Assembly: GCA_020721865.1 (NCBI GenBank)
Contig: DYLW01000003.1
Coordinates: forward strand, 43,986-107,985
Reading direction: 5' to 3'
Length of the DNA stretch: 64,000 bases
Source of the DNA: Leptospira biflexa
GTDB lineage: Bacteria; Spirochaetota; Leptospiria; Turneriellales; DYLW01
Each line of letters opens with the position of its first letter. The stretch's first letter is position 1. Below the pieces are notes generated by a model, which searched no databases, was not told where the DNA came from, and worked only from the letters and a program-made list of their open reading frames with translations. A program made the translations under genes and the position numbers. Below are positions 28,551-38,581 of the stretch, piece by piece.

Positions 28551-30965
28551 ATGGACCATCACCCTCCGGACAAGAAAAGAGGAAAGCTGGAAAAAAGAAC
28601 TGGTGCCAGAAAGATGTGGCTTTTCCGGGGACTGGATTTATTAATCTGGTTCTTTCTGGAAAAAATCCTGGGGTTGTTTAATTTCCATCCCAAATCCCTG
28701 CTTCTGGCCCGCAAGGGTATGGAGCTGACCAATCCCACTTCCAGCAATTTTCCCATGGAGACAAATGCCATGGTTTCCAAAATTCTGGCCGGGGGGCTGT
28801 GGAATTATGGATTTTATCAGTTTCACAAGGAGTTTTATTTCCCTTTCTGGGCACACCGCCAGTATAACCCTCTGGATACCTCCTTTATACCGCGTTCCCA
28901 TAATCTTCTGTCCATTAACCAGACCAACCGTAACTGGGTGTCTATTTCCTTTCCCGGAAAAGAAGAGGAAATATCCATGGACGCGGCGGGAGCCATCATG
29001 CCCGGAAACGATGCGTTTACCATTGAAATGGCCATTCTGACGGAAAACGGCATTGAACGTCCGCACGATGATCCCACCCAGTTGAATGTGATCATCCATT
29101 CCTCCTATTCCATGGAAGTGAACTGGAAAAATCGGAAAATCCTCATTGAAGATCAGGAGGATGGGACGTTGATTACCGGTTCCGGAAAGGGAAATCTGAT
29201 TTTCAGCATCCGTCCTTTTAATATGGAAAATCTCTGTTTTATCAATAAGCTAACATTTGATATTGCGGAGCTGCGTTTATATGGAAGACGGGAAATCTGT
29301 ATGAAAAATGCTCCGTTCGCATTCCATCTGAGTAATCTGGCCGAGGGGGACGCACTCAAAAAAATAGGGAAAATGATCAAGGTGAAAAAAAATCTTTTCA
29401 TCAATACTGAGCACTTCCAGTTAAAAAAGAAAAAATGGAATACCGGAAGCACCTCCATTAAAGATCCCAGCGGAGTGATCACGGCAGCCTTCTTTTATGA
29501 AGAGGCGGAAAATATTCAATGGAAAGTTTTGCCCAAAAAAAGAGGAAAACTGACATCCTGGATAAGGACATGTGAGCCGGGAGATAACGATGCGGCGGAG
29601 AAAGTGATCCGGGAATGGTTTCCCCGAATGTTTCGGGCGGATATTCCGGAGCCGTATAACCGGATTCTGAAAAACATGGTATTCCATCTGGTCACCCTTT
29701 GGGATAAGAAGGATATTAAACCTGGGAGTTTCACATACCACCACTTCTGGATTCGGGATGCGGTAATGATGCTTTATTCTTTGCTTACCTTTGGCGGGGC
29801 ACCGGCCGTGCGTTATGTCTTGGAATCCCTACCTCCCTATGTGAACCGCAGGGGATTGTTCCAGTCACAGGAAGGAGAATGGGACAGCAACGGACAGGCT
29901 CTGTGGATCATTGGTCAGTATTCTGTTTTTGCCAAAGATAAATCCTATATTCAGAAACACAGAAAAACTATCATTAAAATGATCCAGTGGATTGAGGAAA
30001 CCACTCGGAAATATTCCGGAGTACTCCCGCCTGGATTCTCCGCAGAACATCTGGGGGTTTCTGACTGGTACCTATGGGATAATTTCTGGGCTCTGGGAGG
30101 TCTGGACATTTTCAAAACCCATTTTGCCAGAGAATTTCCAGAGGTGGATATCCAGGAGATTTATAATAAAATGAATGATTCACTCTCCAGTTATCTGAAA
30201 TCCTATAAATACTATCCTGCCGCTTTGGGAAGAAAAAAGGATGCGGGGATGATTGGCAGCATCATAGCGGTGTATCCTCTGAAATTGGAAGGATATTTTA
30301 ATGAAAAAATGAATAATACCATTTCCATTATTGAAAAAGAATATTTTTATGAAAAAGGTTTTTATCAGGAAAACATCCACTCTGGAATCAATCCATACCT
30401 TACTCTGGAAGCCGCCCAGACATTCCTGCATCTGGGTTATTATGAAAAATCCCTGGAAATCTTTGACAGTCTGATGCGGCGGCTCTCTGTGGGGGATACC
30501 TTTCCGGAAGCCCTGCATCCTTCCACAAACGGAGGGTGTATGGGGGATGGTTTCCATGGTTGGGCTTTTGCGGAAAGTTTTTTGTTTTTGCGGAATATCT
30601 TTCTTTTGGAAGTTCGGGATAAGGTGATCTTTTTTGCCGGTCTTCCGGAATCCTGGCTGAAAAAAAATATGACATTGGAAAATGTGCATTCCATGCTGGG
30701 TGTCCTGGAAATAAAAATTTCTCGCAATACAATCAACGTGTCTGGTATTGACAATCCTTATGGAATGCGAATCTATATTGCAGTGGAAAACCCGGATCAT
30801 TTAGCCGTTCTCAAAGGGAGCAAGGATGAATACTTTTCCATTGCGGATCTGGGCCTTAATATGTCCGAGGACGGAAAAAATGTTTCCAAAAAATATGTGA
30901 GGATTATCCCCACCGGCGATGAATTTTCTTTAAAAATAAAAAGTGGACTATTTTCTGCCAAATAA
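28551..30965 (+). CDS. (alpha/alpha)6-barrel glycoside-hydrolase-like protein (GH15 or debranching-enzyme-like)
   Basis: HHFWIRDAVMMLYSLL..EGEWDSNGQALWIIGQY..GWAFAESF resembles the GH15-type barrel (W-x-RD motif). ATG 28551 has GGAG 4 nt upstream and lies 10 nt after the nrdJ stop. Confidence 0.5.
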   Translation: MDHHPPDKKRGKLEKRTGARKMWLFRGLDLLIWFFLEKILGLFNFHPKSLLLARKGMELTNPTSSNFPMETNAMVSKILAGGLWNYGFYQFHKEFYFPFWAHRQYNPLDTSFIPRSHNLLSINQTNRNWVSISFPGKEEEISMDAAGAIMPGNDAFTIEMAILTENGIERPHDDPTQLNVIIHSSYSMEVNWKNRKILIEDQEDGTLITGSGKGNLIFSIRPFNMENLCFINKLTFDIAELRLYGRREICMKNAPFAFHLSNLAEGDALKKIGKMIKVKKNLFINTEHFQLKKKKWNTGSTSIKDPSGVITAAFFYEEAENIQWKVLPKKRGKLTSWIRTCEPGDNDAAEKVIREWFPRMFRADIPEPYNRILKNMVFHLVTLWDKKDIKPGSFTYHHFWIRDAVMMLYSLLTFGGAPAVRYVLESLPPYVNRRGLFQSQEGEWDSNGQALWIIGQYSVFAKDKSYIQKHRKTIIKMIQWIEETTRKYSGVLPPGFSAEHLGVSDWYLWDNFWALGGLDIFKTHFAREFPEVDIQEIYNKMNDSLSSYLKSYKYYPAALGRKKDAGMIGSIIAVYPLKLEGYFNEKMNNTISIIEKEYFYEKGFYQENIHSGINPYLTLEAAQTFLHLGYYEKSLEIFDSLMRRLSVGDTFPEALHPSTNGGCMGDGFHGWAFAESFLFLRNIFLLEVRDKVIFFAGLPESWLKKNMTLENVHSMLGVLEIKISRNTINVSGIDNPYGMRIYIAVENPDHLAVLKGSKDEYFSIADLGLNMSEDGKNVSKKYVRIIPTGDEFSLKIKSGLFSAK

Positions 30966-31220
30966 TTTTATGGACATATCTTTTTCATTTTTTTCCAGAT
31001 ATGAATAGAAAGATGCGGGATTGATATTTTTTTCTTTTAATATCTCCTCCATAACGGTGGAATTTCTTTCGGTAGCCTTTCCCTGTATGTTGTAGTGCAG
31101 GCGTAATTCAGAGAATTCCTGCAGGATTTCCGGTAGATTTTCTTTCTGGAACGGTTTGGTTTCTCTCCCGCTACAGGAGATCATGGTAAGTAACGTTAAA
31201 AGCGTTAATATCCGGAACAT
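30948..31220 (-). CDS. Small hypothetical lipoprotein
   Basis: MFRILTLLTLLTMISCSG is a signal plus lipobox. 90 aa. No domain recognised. Confidence 0.5.
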   Translation of the reverse strand: MFRILTLLTLLTMISCSGRETKPFQKENLPEILQEFSELRLHYNIQGKATERNSTVMEEILKEKNINPASFYSYLEKNEKDMSIKLFGRK

Positions 31221-31279
31221 AAAGCAGACTACATGGTAAAAATGGTTTGTCCACCAAAAAAAAGATTAATTTCTGCCCT

Positions 31280-32332
31280 ATGTATCCAAAACGAAACAGC
31301 AAGATGGTTTTCGTGGGTTCCGTTGCAGTGGGTGGCGGATCCCCGGTTTCTGTACAGTCCATGACCAAAGTACCCACATCGAACTGGAAGGATGTGGTGG
31401 CCCAAATCCATTCCTATGAAGAGGCCGGTTGCCAGATTGTCCGGGTGACTTCTAATACCCCGGAAGCTGCAGATGCCCTGAAAAAAATAAAAAATGAAAT
31501 TCATATTCCCCTGGTGGCGGATATTCATTTTGATCATAAACTGGCTCTGGCTGCCATCGATGCGGGGGTGGATAAAATCCGTCTGAATCCGGGGAACATC
31601 AGCAAAGAAGAAAAAATACGGGATGTGCTGAATAAAGCTAATGATTCCGGGATTCCCATCCGGATTGGGATCAATGCGGGATCACTGGAAAAGGATGTTC
31701 TAAGGAAATACCATTATCCCACCGCCCAAGGCATGGTGGATAGTGCCATGCGTCAGGTGGAAATATGCGACAAATATAATTTTCAGAATCTGATCCTGGC
31801 TCTCAAATCCTCTGATGTAATGATGATGATTGAAGCAAACCGGATGATTGCCCGGATGACGAATTTTCCTCTTCATCTGGGAGTAACAGAAGCCGGTCCC
31901 CATTCCAGCGGAATTTTAAAATCCGCCATTGGGATTGGCACTCTGCTGGCGGAGGGAATTGGGGATACCATCCGGGTTTCTCTGACAGATTCCGGAGAGG
32001 AAGAAATAAAAGCCGGATTTGGGATTCTAAAATCTCTGAATCTGGGCACTTATGGCCCCAATATAATATCCTGCCCCACCTGTGGACGTCTGGAAGTGGA
32101 TTTAATTCCCATTGTCAGGAAAGTGGAAAAAGCCCTGGAAAAGGTAAAAAAACCTGTGAAGGTGGCTTTAATGGGATGCCTGGTCAATGGCCCAGGTGAA
32201 TCCAAAGACGCGGATATTGGAATTTCCTGTGGCAGTAACTATGCGGTATTATATGTGAAAGGAAAAAGTCTTGGGAAAATTCGCGAAGAAGATATAGAAA
32301 AAAGGGTTCTGGAAGAAGTAGAAAAATTTTAA
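31280..32332 (+). CDS. ispG: 4-hydroxy-3-methylbut-2-en-1-yl diphosphate synthase
   Basis: Motifs SPVSVQSMTK, IRVSLT, ISCPTCGRLEVDL and MGCLVNGPGES. ATG 31280 aligns with the E. coli IspG N-terminus; the track start is a TTG at 31247. Confidence 0.95.
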   Translation: MYPKRNSKMVFVGSVAVGGGSPVSVQSMTKVPTSNWKDVVAQIHSYEEAGCQIVRVTSNTPEAADALKKIKNEIHIPLVADIHFDHKLALAAIDAGVDKIRLNPGNISKEEKIRDVLNKANDSGIPIRIGINAGSLEKDVLRKYHYPTAQGMVDSAMRQVEICDKYNFQNLILALKSSDVMMMIEANRMIARMTNFPLHLGVTEAGPHSSGILKSAIGIGTLLAEGIGDTIRVSLTDSGEEEIKAGFGILKSLNLGTYGPNIISCPTCGRLEVDLIPIVRKVEKALEKVKKPVKVALMGCLVNGPGESKDADIGISCGSNYAVLYVKGKSLGKIREEDIEKRVLEEVEKF

Positions 32333-32372
32333 TTTAAGCTTTACCAATTCGCATGGTTATTGGGCGTATCTT

Positions 32373-33776
32373 ATGGACTTATCCAATATTTTTATTTTTC
32401 TGGGTGGAATTTTTGGGTTAGCGGTTGTTATTATCATCGCACAGCGGCAATTTTTTCGCAAATGGAAGGTGGCGGACGCAGCGATTTCTTATGCGGAAGG
32501 TAATTATACCAAAGCCAGAAATATTCTGGAAAGAATCATTCTGAATGAACCCCGGAACTCCCTGGCGTACTGGTATGCGGGCAGGGCCAGTATCCAATTG
32601 GGACAGGCCAATCGGGGTATTTCTGAGATCAAGAAAGTTATCCAGATCAACCGTTATGACGTGAAAAACCTGTCCATACCACAATTGGGGGAATTTACGG
32701 AAACGGGAGTCCACCTCTATCTGCGGGATCTTTACCAGAGAACCAGGCAGGAAAATCCGGAGTTTCAGGAAAACCAGATCCTGATGCAGTTGGATCCGGA
32801 GAATGCAGAATATCCCATGCTTCTGGCTAAAACCCTGATCAAAAATAAAGAATATTCGGAGCGGACAGAGAATTATCTCCGGATTGCCCAGAGCATTGAC
32901 CAGAATAATGCGGAAATATTATCCCTTCTGGCCCTGCTGAATCTGAAAAGAAATGATTACAAAAAAGCGGAAAATTATGCACAGATGGTGCTGGCGGCAA
33001 ATCCCAATCACATTGATTCCAAATATATTCTGGGAGAAGTCCAGTATGTGGATAAAAAATATGACGATGCCATAGAAAATCTAACCAAAGGCTCCTTGAG
33101 CGATAATTTCAAAAAGAGTGCACGCTTTACCATGGCCAAGCTGTATTTCCAGAAAGAAGACTGGATCAACGCCATGGAATGGGCCAGAAAGGCGGATGAA
33201 GCGTCCCCTTCCATCCAGGAATCGGAGACTTTGCAGTGGGATGTGCTGTATCTGATGGCAAAAATATTGGAAAATATGCAGAATCAGAAAAAAGCTCTGG
33301 AGATTTACACTCATATTTATAAATACCAGCCCAATTATAAGGACGTGAAAGTAATTCTGGACAAGGCAGGGGAAAATAAGCTGGAATATATAAAGGATTA
33401 CATCACCGCAAAGATTGAAGAGTTTCAGTCCATCACAGAAGAGATCATCAATATGATTGGATATAAAATTGTGCGGATTGAAAGCATGGACGATGGTAAT
33501 GTCAATCTGGAGCTGACCAGAGGCGGAGGGCGTTACATTGCCTTTGTGCGACGAACCATCGACCTGATCAATGATGAACTGGTAAAGCGACTGATTAAAA
33601 TGGTACAGGCCGGCGGTTTTACCGGTGGCGTTTTCATCACCACCGGAGATTACACTGCCTCATCCAGAAACATTGCCCTGAAGTCCAATATCCAGACACT
33701 GACTGGCCAGGACATTGAACCGTTTATTGAGAAAATTGTGCTGTCAAAAGATAAACAATCTCAGTACAATTCGTAA
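32373..33776 (+). CDS. Membrane-anchored TPR protein with a C-terminal Mrr-like (PD-(D/E)xK) restriction-endonuclease-fold domain
   Basis: N-terminal TM helix IFIFLGGIFGLAVVIIIAQ, followed by about 300 aa of TPR-like repeats. The C-terminus IGYKIVRIESMDDGNVNLELTRGGGRYIAFVRRT..GGVFITTGDYTASSRNIA aligns to the Mrr catalytic-domain pattern (GY..DgGiD..QvKr..g..vTts.ft..A) but has N and R at the catalytic D and K positions. Confidence 0.55.
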   Translation: MDLSNIFIFLGGIFGLAVVIIIAQRQFFRKWKVADAAISYAEGNYTKARNILERIILNEPRNSLAYWYAGRASIQLGQANRGISEIKKVIQINRYDVKNLSIPQLGEFTETGVHLYLRDLYQRTRQENPEFQENQILMQLDPENAEYPMLLAKTLIKNKEYSERTENYLRIAQSIDQNNAEILSLLALLNLKRNDYKKAENYAQMVLAANPNHIDSKYILGEVQYVDKKYDDAIENLTKGSLSDNFKKSARFTMAKLYFQKEDWINAMEWARKADEASPSIQESETLQWDVLYLMAKILENMQNQKKALEIYTHIYKYQPNYKDVKVILDKAGENKLEYIKDYITAKIEEFQSITEEIINMIGYKIVRIESMDDGNVNLELTRGGGRYIAFVRRTIDLINDELVKRLIKMVQAGGFTGGVFITTGDYTASSRNIALKSNIQTLTGQDIEPFIEKIVLSKDKQSQYNS

Positions 33777-34618
33777 TCTTTTTCCACGTTATACGGCAAC
33801 TGGTACGGGCCGAATTTGGAATTCAGCTCCATGTTCATGTTAAACTGGTAACGGAATTTACCGCTTTTTATGGCCGATATCAGGGATTTTTTCATTTGCA
33901 GCAGCTTGAGAGTAACCGGTATTTTATAAGTAAGTTTTTCATTTTTGCCACCCAGGTTTTTCTGGATACTCATAAAAGAGTTGGCGATATTCTCGCCATT
34001 AATTTTGATGGAATAATTCATTTTGCGGATGTCCAGCTTGACTTCGTCGTTATTGGATAAACTGATAAAAAAAACTATGTTCACTTCAGAGAAAGAAAAA
34101 TCGGTTTCGATTTTTTCCACATTGAAGTGCGGTCGTTTGGGAATTGGAATATCTCCGGAGGCTTTGGGCCGGAAGGTCAGATCCATGATGGGGGTATTGA
34201 TGGTCAGGAGGCTTTTAAATTCATAGGATATTTTATCCTTATTGAGGACACCCATGATACCACTCTTCAGCCCCTTGTAAAAAACCTCCACGGGGATTGT
34301 GAATTCACTTTTTCTCTTTGCGGCAATCTGGAGTTTGTCCGTTTTGATTCCGGTGATTACTTTTTCCCCTTCAATATACAACTCATATTCCAAGCGGTTC
34401 AGGGTGATTCCCACCACATTGGGATTGTCCACGCTGATCACCACATCCAGATCTGTTCCAGCAAAGGATACATCTCTGAGGATGACTTTTTCCACCTTAA
34501 CAACGGGGGTTTTAAATGCTTTCTTTGCCAGACTGGCACAGGAGAACTGTGTTATTATCACACCGGCAATGGCCAGTGAATAAAGGATGAATTTTATGGA
34601 ATTTCCACGATTTTTCAT
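33761..34618 (-). CDS. Lipoprotein with two LEA_2/WHy-like beta-sandwich repeats
   Basis: Signal plus lipobox IITQFSCAS. Two similar roughly 120-aa halves (VEKVILRDVSFAGTDLDVVISVDNPN.. and VEKIETDFSFSEVNIVFFISLSNNDE..) resemble LEA14-type repeats. Confidence 0.45.
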   Translation of the reverse strand: MKNRGNSIKFILYSLAIAGVIITQFSCASLAKKAFKTPVVKVEKVILRDVSFAGTDLDVVISVDNPNVVGITLNRLEYELYIEGEKVITGIKTDKLQIAAKRKSEFTIPVEVFYKGLKSGIMGVLNKDKISYEFKSLLTINTPIMDLTFRPKASGDIPIPKRPHFNVEKIETDFSFSEVNIVFFISLSNNDEVKLDIRKMNYSIKINGENIANSFMSIQKNLGGKNEKLTYKIPVTLKLLQMKKSLISAIKSGKFRYQFNMNMELNSKFGPYQLPYNVEKDYELY

Positions 34619-34629
34619 AGTGGATACGA

Positions 34630-34971
34630 CTAATTTAACTGGATAAAAAGTAAAGCATCTTCTTCTTTCAGGGGATATTTTTTTATGGGTGCTTTGGCAG
34701 GCATGGTTACCGCGATTCCGGAGTGGATGTCAAATTTTGCTCCGTGGCGGGGGCACTGCAGAAACCGGCCATCCAGAACTTTAGCCTTCTCCATTTCCGC
34801 ATTGTCATGGGAACACCGGTTTTCCAGTGCATGGAATTCTCCATCGGCTTTTATTAGAAGCACAGAAAACGTGGAGCCATCCTGTTCAATGTCCAGAACC
34901 AGAGTGGGGGTTTCCTGAAAATAAGGATTCAATTCCTCCAGAGATGCAATTTTTATCCAATCACTCTTCAT
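34630..34971 (-). CDS. Rieske [2Fe-2S] ferredoxin-like protein
   Basis: CSHDNAEM (CxH) and CPRHGAKF (CxxH) with Rieske spacing. 113 aa. 11-nt overlap with the end of sufD. Confidence 0.8.
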   Translation of the reverse strand: MKSDWIKIASLEELNPYFQETPTLVLDIEQDGSTFSVLLIKADGEFHALENRCSHDNAEMEKAKVLDGRFLQCPRHGAKFDIHSGIAVTMPAKAPIKKYPLKEEDALLFIQLN

Positions 34972-36229
34972 CCAGAACCTCCCGGGTTATATGCAAACTG
35001 TCGCTCACCGCTTCCCATATTCTTTGGTAGATGCTTTCTTTATTCCTGGGAGAGCTCAATGTGGCCACTGATCGTTCCAAAACACTTTCCAGAAAGCTGA
35101 CGGTTAAGAGGGCACGGGCATCTTCTTCCGGGATTCCACGGGATAACAGGTAAAACAATTGTTCCTCGTCCAGTTCACCGGTGGCACTTCCATGGTTAGC
35201 TTCCACGTCATCCGTGGATATTTCTAATTGTGGAATAGCTTCCGCAAGGGCATTTTTTCCAATGATTAAATTTTTATTCTGCTGCTCTCCGGTGCATTTG
35301 ATGGTTCCGGAAGGAATGATGATGTTGCCCCGGAAGACAGAATGACCATTATCGGCAGCGATGCTGTTCTGGACAATGGATGATTCTGAATAACTCTGGT
35401 GGTGGAATACATTGATTTCTGTGTTCTGCAGTCCTTCCGATGTGTAGTTTGCGGAAAAATAGTCCAGGGTGGCCCTTTTCTCCAGCCAGATATCAGAAAA
35501 ATGGGAAGCCAATTTGTTTTTATTATTCATCTGGAGGATGGTCATCCGGGAATTATTTCCCACATAAATTTTATCTGATAATAATACGGTGGAATCTCCT
35601 CCGGGATTATTTGTCACTATATTATTTATCCAAGAATAAAGATGAAGGGAAGTGTTGTCTTCCAGATAAATCTGGCGAAATCCCATTTCCAGTGGTAAAG
35701 ATTGTTTTCCCATGACAATATCCGCCTGCGATCCTTCCTCCAGAAAAAGAATTGTCCGGAAAAAATGCAGTCCGGCTGGAGCATCTTCCGAGAAGCTTTC
35801 CAGAATGAGGGGCTCGGTAATTTTAACATTGGCCGGGATACGCAGGACAAAAATATGCTCCTTTTCTGTGCGGGATGCGGCATAATCCCCCAGAAAATCA
35901 TTTTCTCTTTCATTGGCCCCAAACTGGTAATGGAGACTCTCCTGGCTTTTCAGTATTTTATCCGCAAATGTTTTATCTTCGTTTTCCCATTCCAGCCAGC
36001 TTTTCCATACCGCATCCGGCGATGGGTTTTGCAGGTTCCAGTGGGAGAAATGATTACCCAGAGCTATTCCCGCATCCAGCTTTTTCCAAAAAACCTCCGG
36101 ATGGATTTTTTTCCATTTTTCATGGCTTGTATTCGGAATGGTTTTTTTTAAAAACGGTGTGGATAAATGCTTCGCAAATGCCGATTCCGATTCATTCTGG
36201 ATGGGCTTGCGGATGGATATGGTGGCCAT
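34961..36229 (-). CDS. sufD: Fe-S cluster assembly protein SufD
   Basis: SufBD-type C-terminus ANHGSATGELDEEQLFYLLSRGIPEEDARALL. Immediately downstream of sufB. Confidence 0.85.
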   Translation of the reverse strand: MATISIRKPIQNESESAFAKHLSTPFLKKTIPNTSHEKWKKIHPEVFWKKLDAGIALGNHFSHWNLQNPSPDAVWKSWLEWENEDKTFADKILKSQESLHYQFGANERENDFLGDYAASRTEKEHIFVLRIPANVKITEPLILESFSEDAPAGLHFFRTILFLEEGSQADIVMGKQSLPLEMGFRQIYLEDNTSLHLYSWINNIVTNNPGGDSTVLLSDKIYVGNNSRMTILQMNNKNKLASHFSDIWLEKRATLDYFSANYTSEGLQNTEINVFHHQSYSESSIVQNSIAADNGHSVFRGNIIIPSGTIKCTGEQQNKNLIIGKNALAEAIPQLEISTDDVEANHGSATGELDEEQLFYLLSRGIPEEDARALLTVSFLESVLERSVATLSSPRNKESIYQRIWEAVSDSLHITREVLDEE

Positions 36230-36230
36230 A

Positions 36231-37670
36231 CTATCCGATCGCTCCTTCCATTTCCAACTGGATCAGGCGGTTCAGCTCCACGGCATACTCCATGGGTAAT
36301 TCTTTCACAAAGGGTTCAATAAATCCATTGACAATCATACCCGTGGCTTCCTCTTCTTGAATCCCCCGGCTCATGAGATAAAACAGCATGTCCTCATCAA
36401 TTTTGGAAACGGTGGCCTCATGCTGTACCTTCACGGAATTGGATTCATGGGTTTCAATATAGGGATAGGTATCCGAACGCGATTTTCCGTCCAGAATCAA
36501 TGCATCACATTTAACAGACGCTTTTGTCCCGAACGCCCCCGTTTCCACTTTGATCAGGCCACGGTAACTGCTTCTTCCACCGTCTTTGGATATGGATTTG
36601 GAATTTATCTGGCTGGTGGTGTTGGGAGCGGCGTGGATGATTTTGGCTCCCGCGTCCTGGTGCTGTCCTTTTCCCGCATAGGCGATGGATAACACTTCAC
36701 CATGGGCGTGTTCCCCGGCAAGATAAATGGCGGGATATTTCATGGTCAGCTTGCTCCCAATGTTGCCATCCACCCATTCGATGGTTGCAGACTTGTATGC
36801 GATGCCACGTTTCGTCACCAGATTATAGACATTATTGGACCAGTTCTGTATGGTGGAATACCGGATTTTTGCCCCTTCCATCGCGATCAGCTCCACAACA
36901 GCGGAGTGGAGGGAATCCGTGGAATAGTTGGGGGCAGTACATCCCTCAATATAATGTACAGAGGCGTTTTTATCTGCAATAATCAGGGTTCGCTCAAACT
37001 GTCCCATATCCCGTGCGTTTATACGGAAATATGCCTGCAACGGTATGCCCACATCGATCCCTGGGGGGACATAAATGAAGGAGCCACCAGACCACACCGA
37101 ACTGTTCAGTGCAGAAAATTTATTGTCTTCCGGAGGGATAACCGTGCCGATGTATTTTTTCACAATATCCGGATGTTTTTTCAGGGCACTGTCCATATCC
37201 ATGAAAAGGATTCCTTTGTCTTCCAGTTGTTTTTCAATGTTATGGTACACCGCTTCGGAATCATACTGTGCGGTCACCCCACCCAGCCATTTCTGTTCGG
37301 CTTCCGGAATGCCCAGTTTTTCAAAGGTGTTCTTGATGTTTTCCGGAACATCCTCCCAGGAAGTTTCTGTCCTGTCTGACGATCGCAGATAATAGTGAAT
37401 ATCATCAAACCGGATTTCTTCCAATGCTTCCAGATTTCCCCAACGTGGCATGGGTTTGGATTTATAAATATGGTAAGACCGGAGCCGGAAATCCCGCATC
37501 CATTCCGGTTCATTTTTTATGGCCGATATGGAGGACACAATTTTTTCATTCAGACCTTTTTCGGACTTGAAAACAAGATTCTCCGGGTCGTGAAAGCCAT
37601 ACTGGTATTCGTTTTTGATTTCCCGGGCAATTTCTTTGGAACTTTTCTCCTGGATGTCTATGCTTTCCAT
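36231..37670 (-). CDS. sufB: Fe-S cluster assembly protein SufB
   Basis: The run from [20 protein letters not shown] to [26 protein letters not shown] is highly SufB-like over the full length. Confidence 0.95.
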   Translation of the reverse strand: MESIDIQEKSSKEIAREIKNEYQYGFHDPENLVFKSEKGLNEKIVSSISAIKNEPEWMRDFRLRSYHIYKSKPMPRWGNLEALEEIRFDDIHYYLRSSDRTETSWEDVPENIKNTFEKLGIPEAEQKWLGGVTAQYDSEAVYHNIEKQLEDKGILFMDMDSALKKHPDIVKKYIGTVIPPEDNKFSALNSSVWSGGSFIYVPPGIDVGIPLQAYFRINARDMGQFERTLIIADKNASVHYIEGCTAPNYSTDSLHSAVVELIAMEGAKIRYSTIQNWSNNVYNLVTKRGIAYKSATIEWVDGNIGSKLTMKYPAIYLAGEHAHGEVLSIAYAGKGQHQDAGAKIIHAAPNTTSQINSKSISKDGGRSSYRGLIKVETGAFGTKASVKCDALILDGKSRSDTYPYIETHESNSVKVQHEATVSKIDEDMLFYLMSRGIQEEEATGMIVNGFIEPFVKELPMEYAVELNRLIQLEMEGAIG

Positions 37671-38467
37671 TGACTGCCCCCATTGGCCGTAATTAGCCCG
37701 TCATACCCTTCGTTTTCCAGACGTTCGGCCAGTTCCATACCGCCTTCCTCAATAATCCGGCCTTCGAACAGAATATGAATTTTATCCGGTTTCACATATT
37801 CCAGAAGCCTCTTGTAGTGGGTGATGACCAAAAAGGATCTTTTTCCATCGGCCAGATCATTGATTCCGCCAGCCACATCCTTGAGGGCGTCAATATCCAA
37901 ACCGCTGTCAATTTCATCCAAGATGGCAAAATCTGGTTTCAGGAGTTTCATCTGGAGGATTTCCATTCGTTTTTTCTCTCCGCCGGAAAAACCATCGTTC
38001 AGATATCTTTTGGCAAATTCCGGCTTCATCCGGATTTCCTCCATGGCTTTGTTCATGGCCATTTTAAATTCTTTGATGGGCATATCCGCCCCCTGCCGGG
38101 CATGGATTGCTTTCCGCAAAAACGGTATTATGGCCAGCCCGGGCACTGCAACCGGTTGCTGAAACGTGAGGAAAATCCCCAGCCGGGCACGCTCATGCAC
38201 TTCCATCTCCTGAATGGGGGTGTGCTGCCCCCGATCTTTATCCCAGAATAAAATTTCTCCGGACTGGATGTGGTAGTGCGGATGCCCCATTATGACAGCA
38301 GAAAGGGTACTCTTCCCGGAGCCATTGGGACCCATGATTGCGTGGATTTTCCCTTTCTCCACTTCCAGATTCACCCCCTTCAGAATGGGTATGCGGTTTT
38401 CCGGATTGCGGGGATCAACAAACTCCGCGTGCAGATCGTTAATTATAATAATATTTTTATCTTTCAA
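37658..38467 (-). CDS. sufC: Fe-S cluster assembly ATPase SufC
   Basis: Walker [10 protein letters not shown] and ABC signature [11 protein letters not shown] 38467 ([16 protein letters not shown]) follows GGAGAGG with 5-nt spacing. The track start is a TTG at 38521. Confidence 0.93.
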   Translation of the reverse strand: MKDKNIIIINDLHAEFVDPRNPENRIPILKGVNLEVEKGKIHAIMGPNGSGKSTLSAVIMGHPHYHIQSGEILFWDKDRGQHTPIQEMEVHERARLGIFLTFQQPVAVPGLAIIPFLRKAIHARQGADMPIKEFKMAMNKAMEEIRMKPEFAKRYLNDGFSGGEKKRMEILQMKLLKPDFAILDEIDSGLDIDALKDVAGGINDLADGKRSFLVITHYKRLLEYVKPDKIHILFEGRIIEEGGMELAERLENEGYDGLITANGGSQWKA

Positions 38468-38581
38468 TTCATCCTCTCCCGGTGAATGTATTATAATGAC
38501 ATTCCGGATAATTGACCACAAAAAAGTGGAACCCTGCCCAACAATGGCTGGACAGGATGTTTAAAGGATATAGTTTTACCC

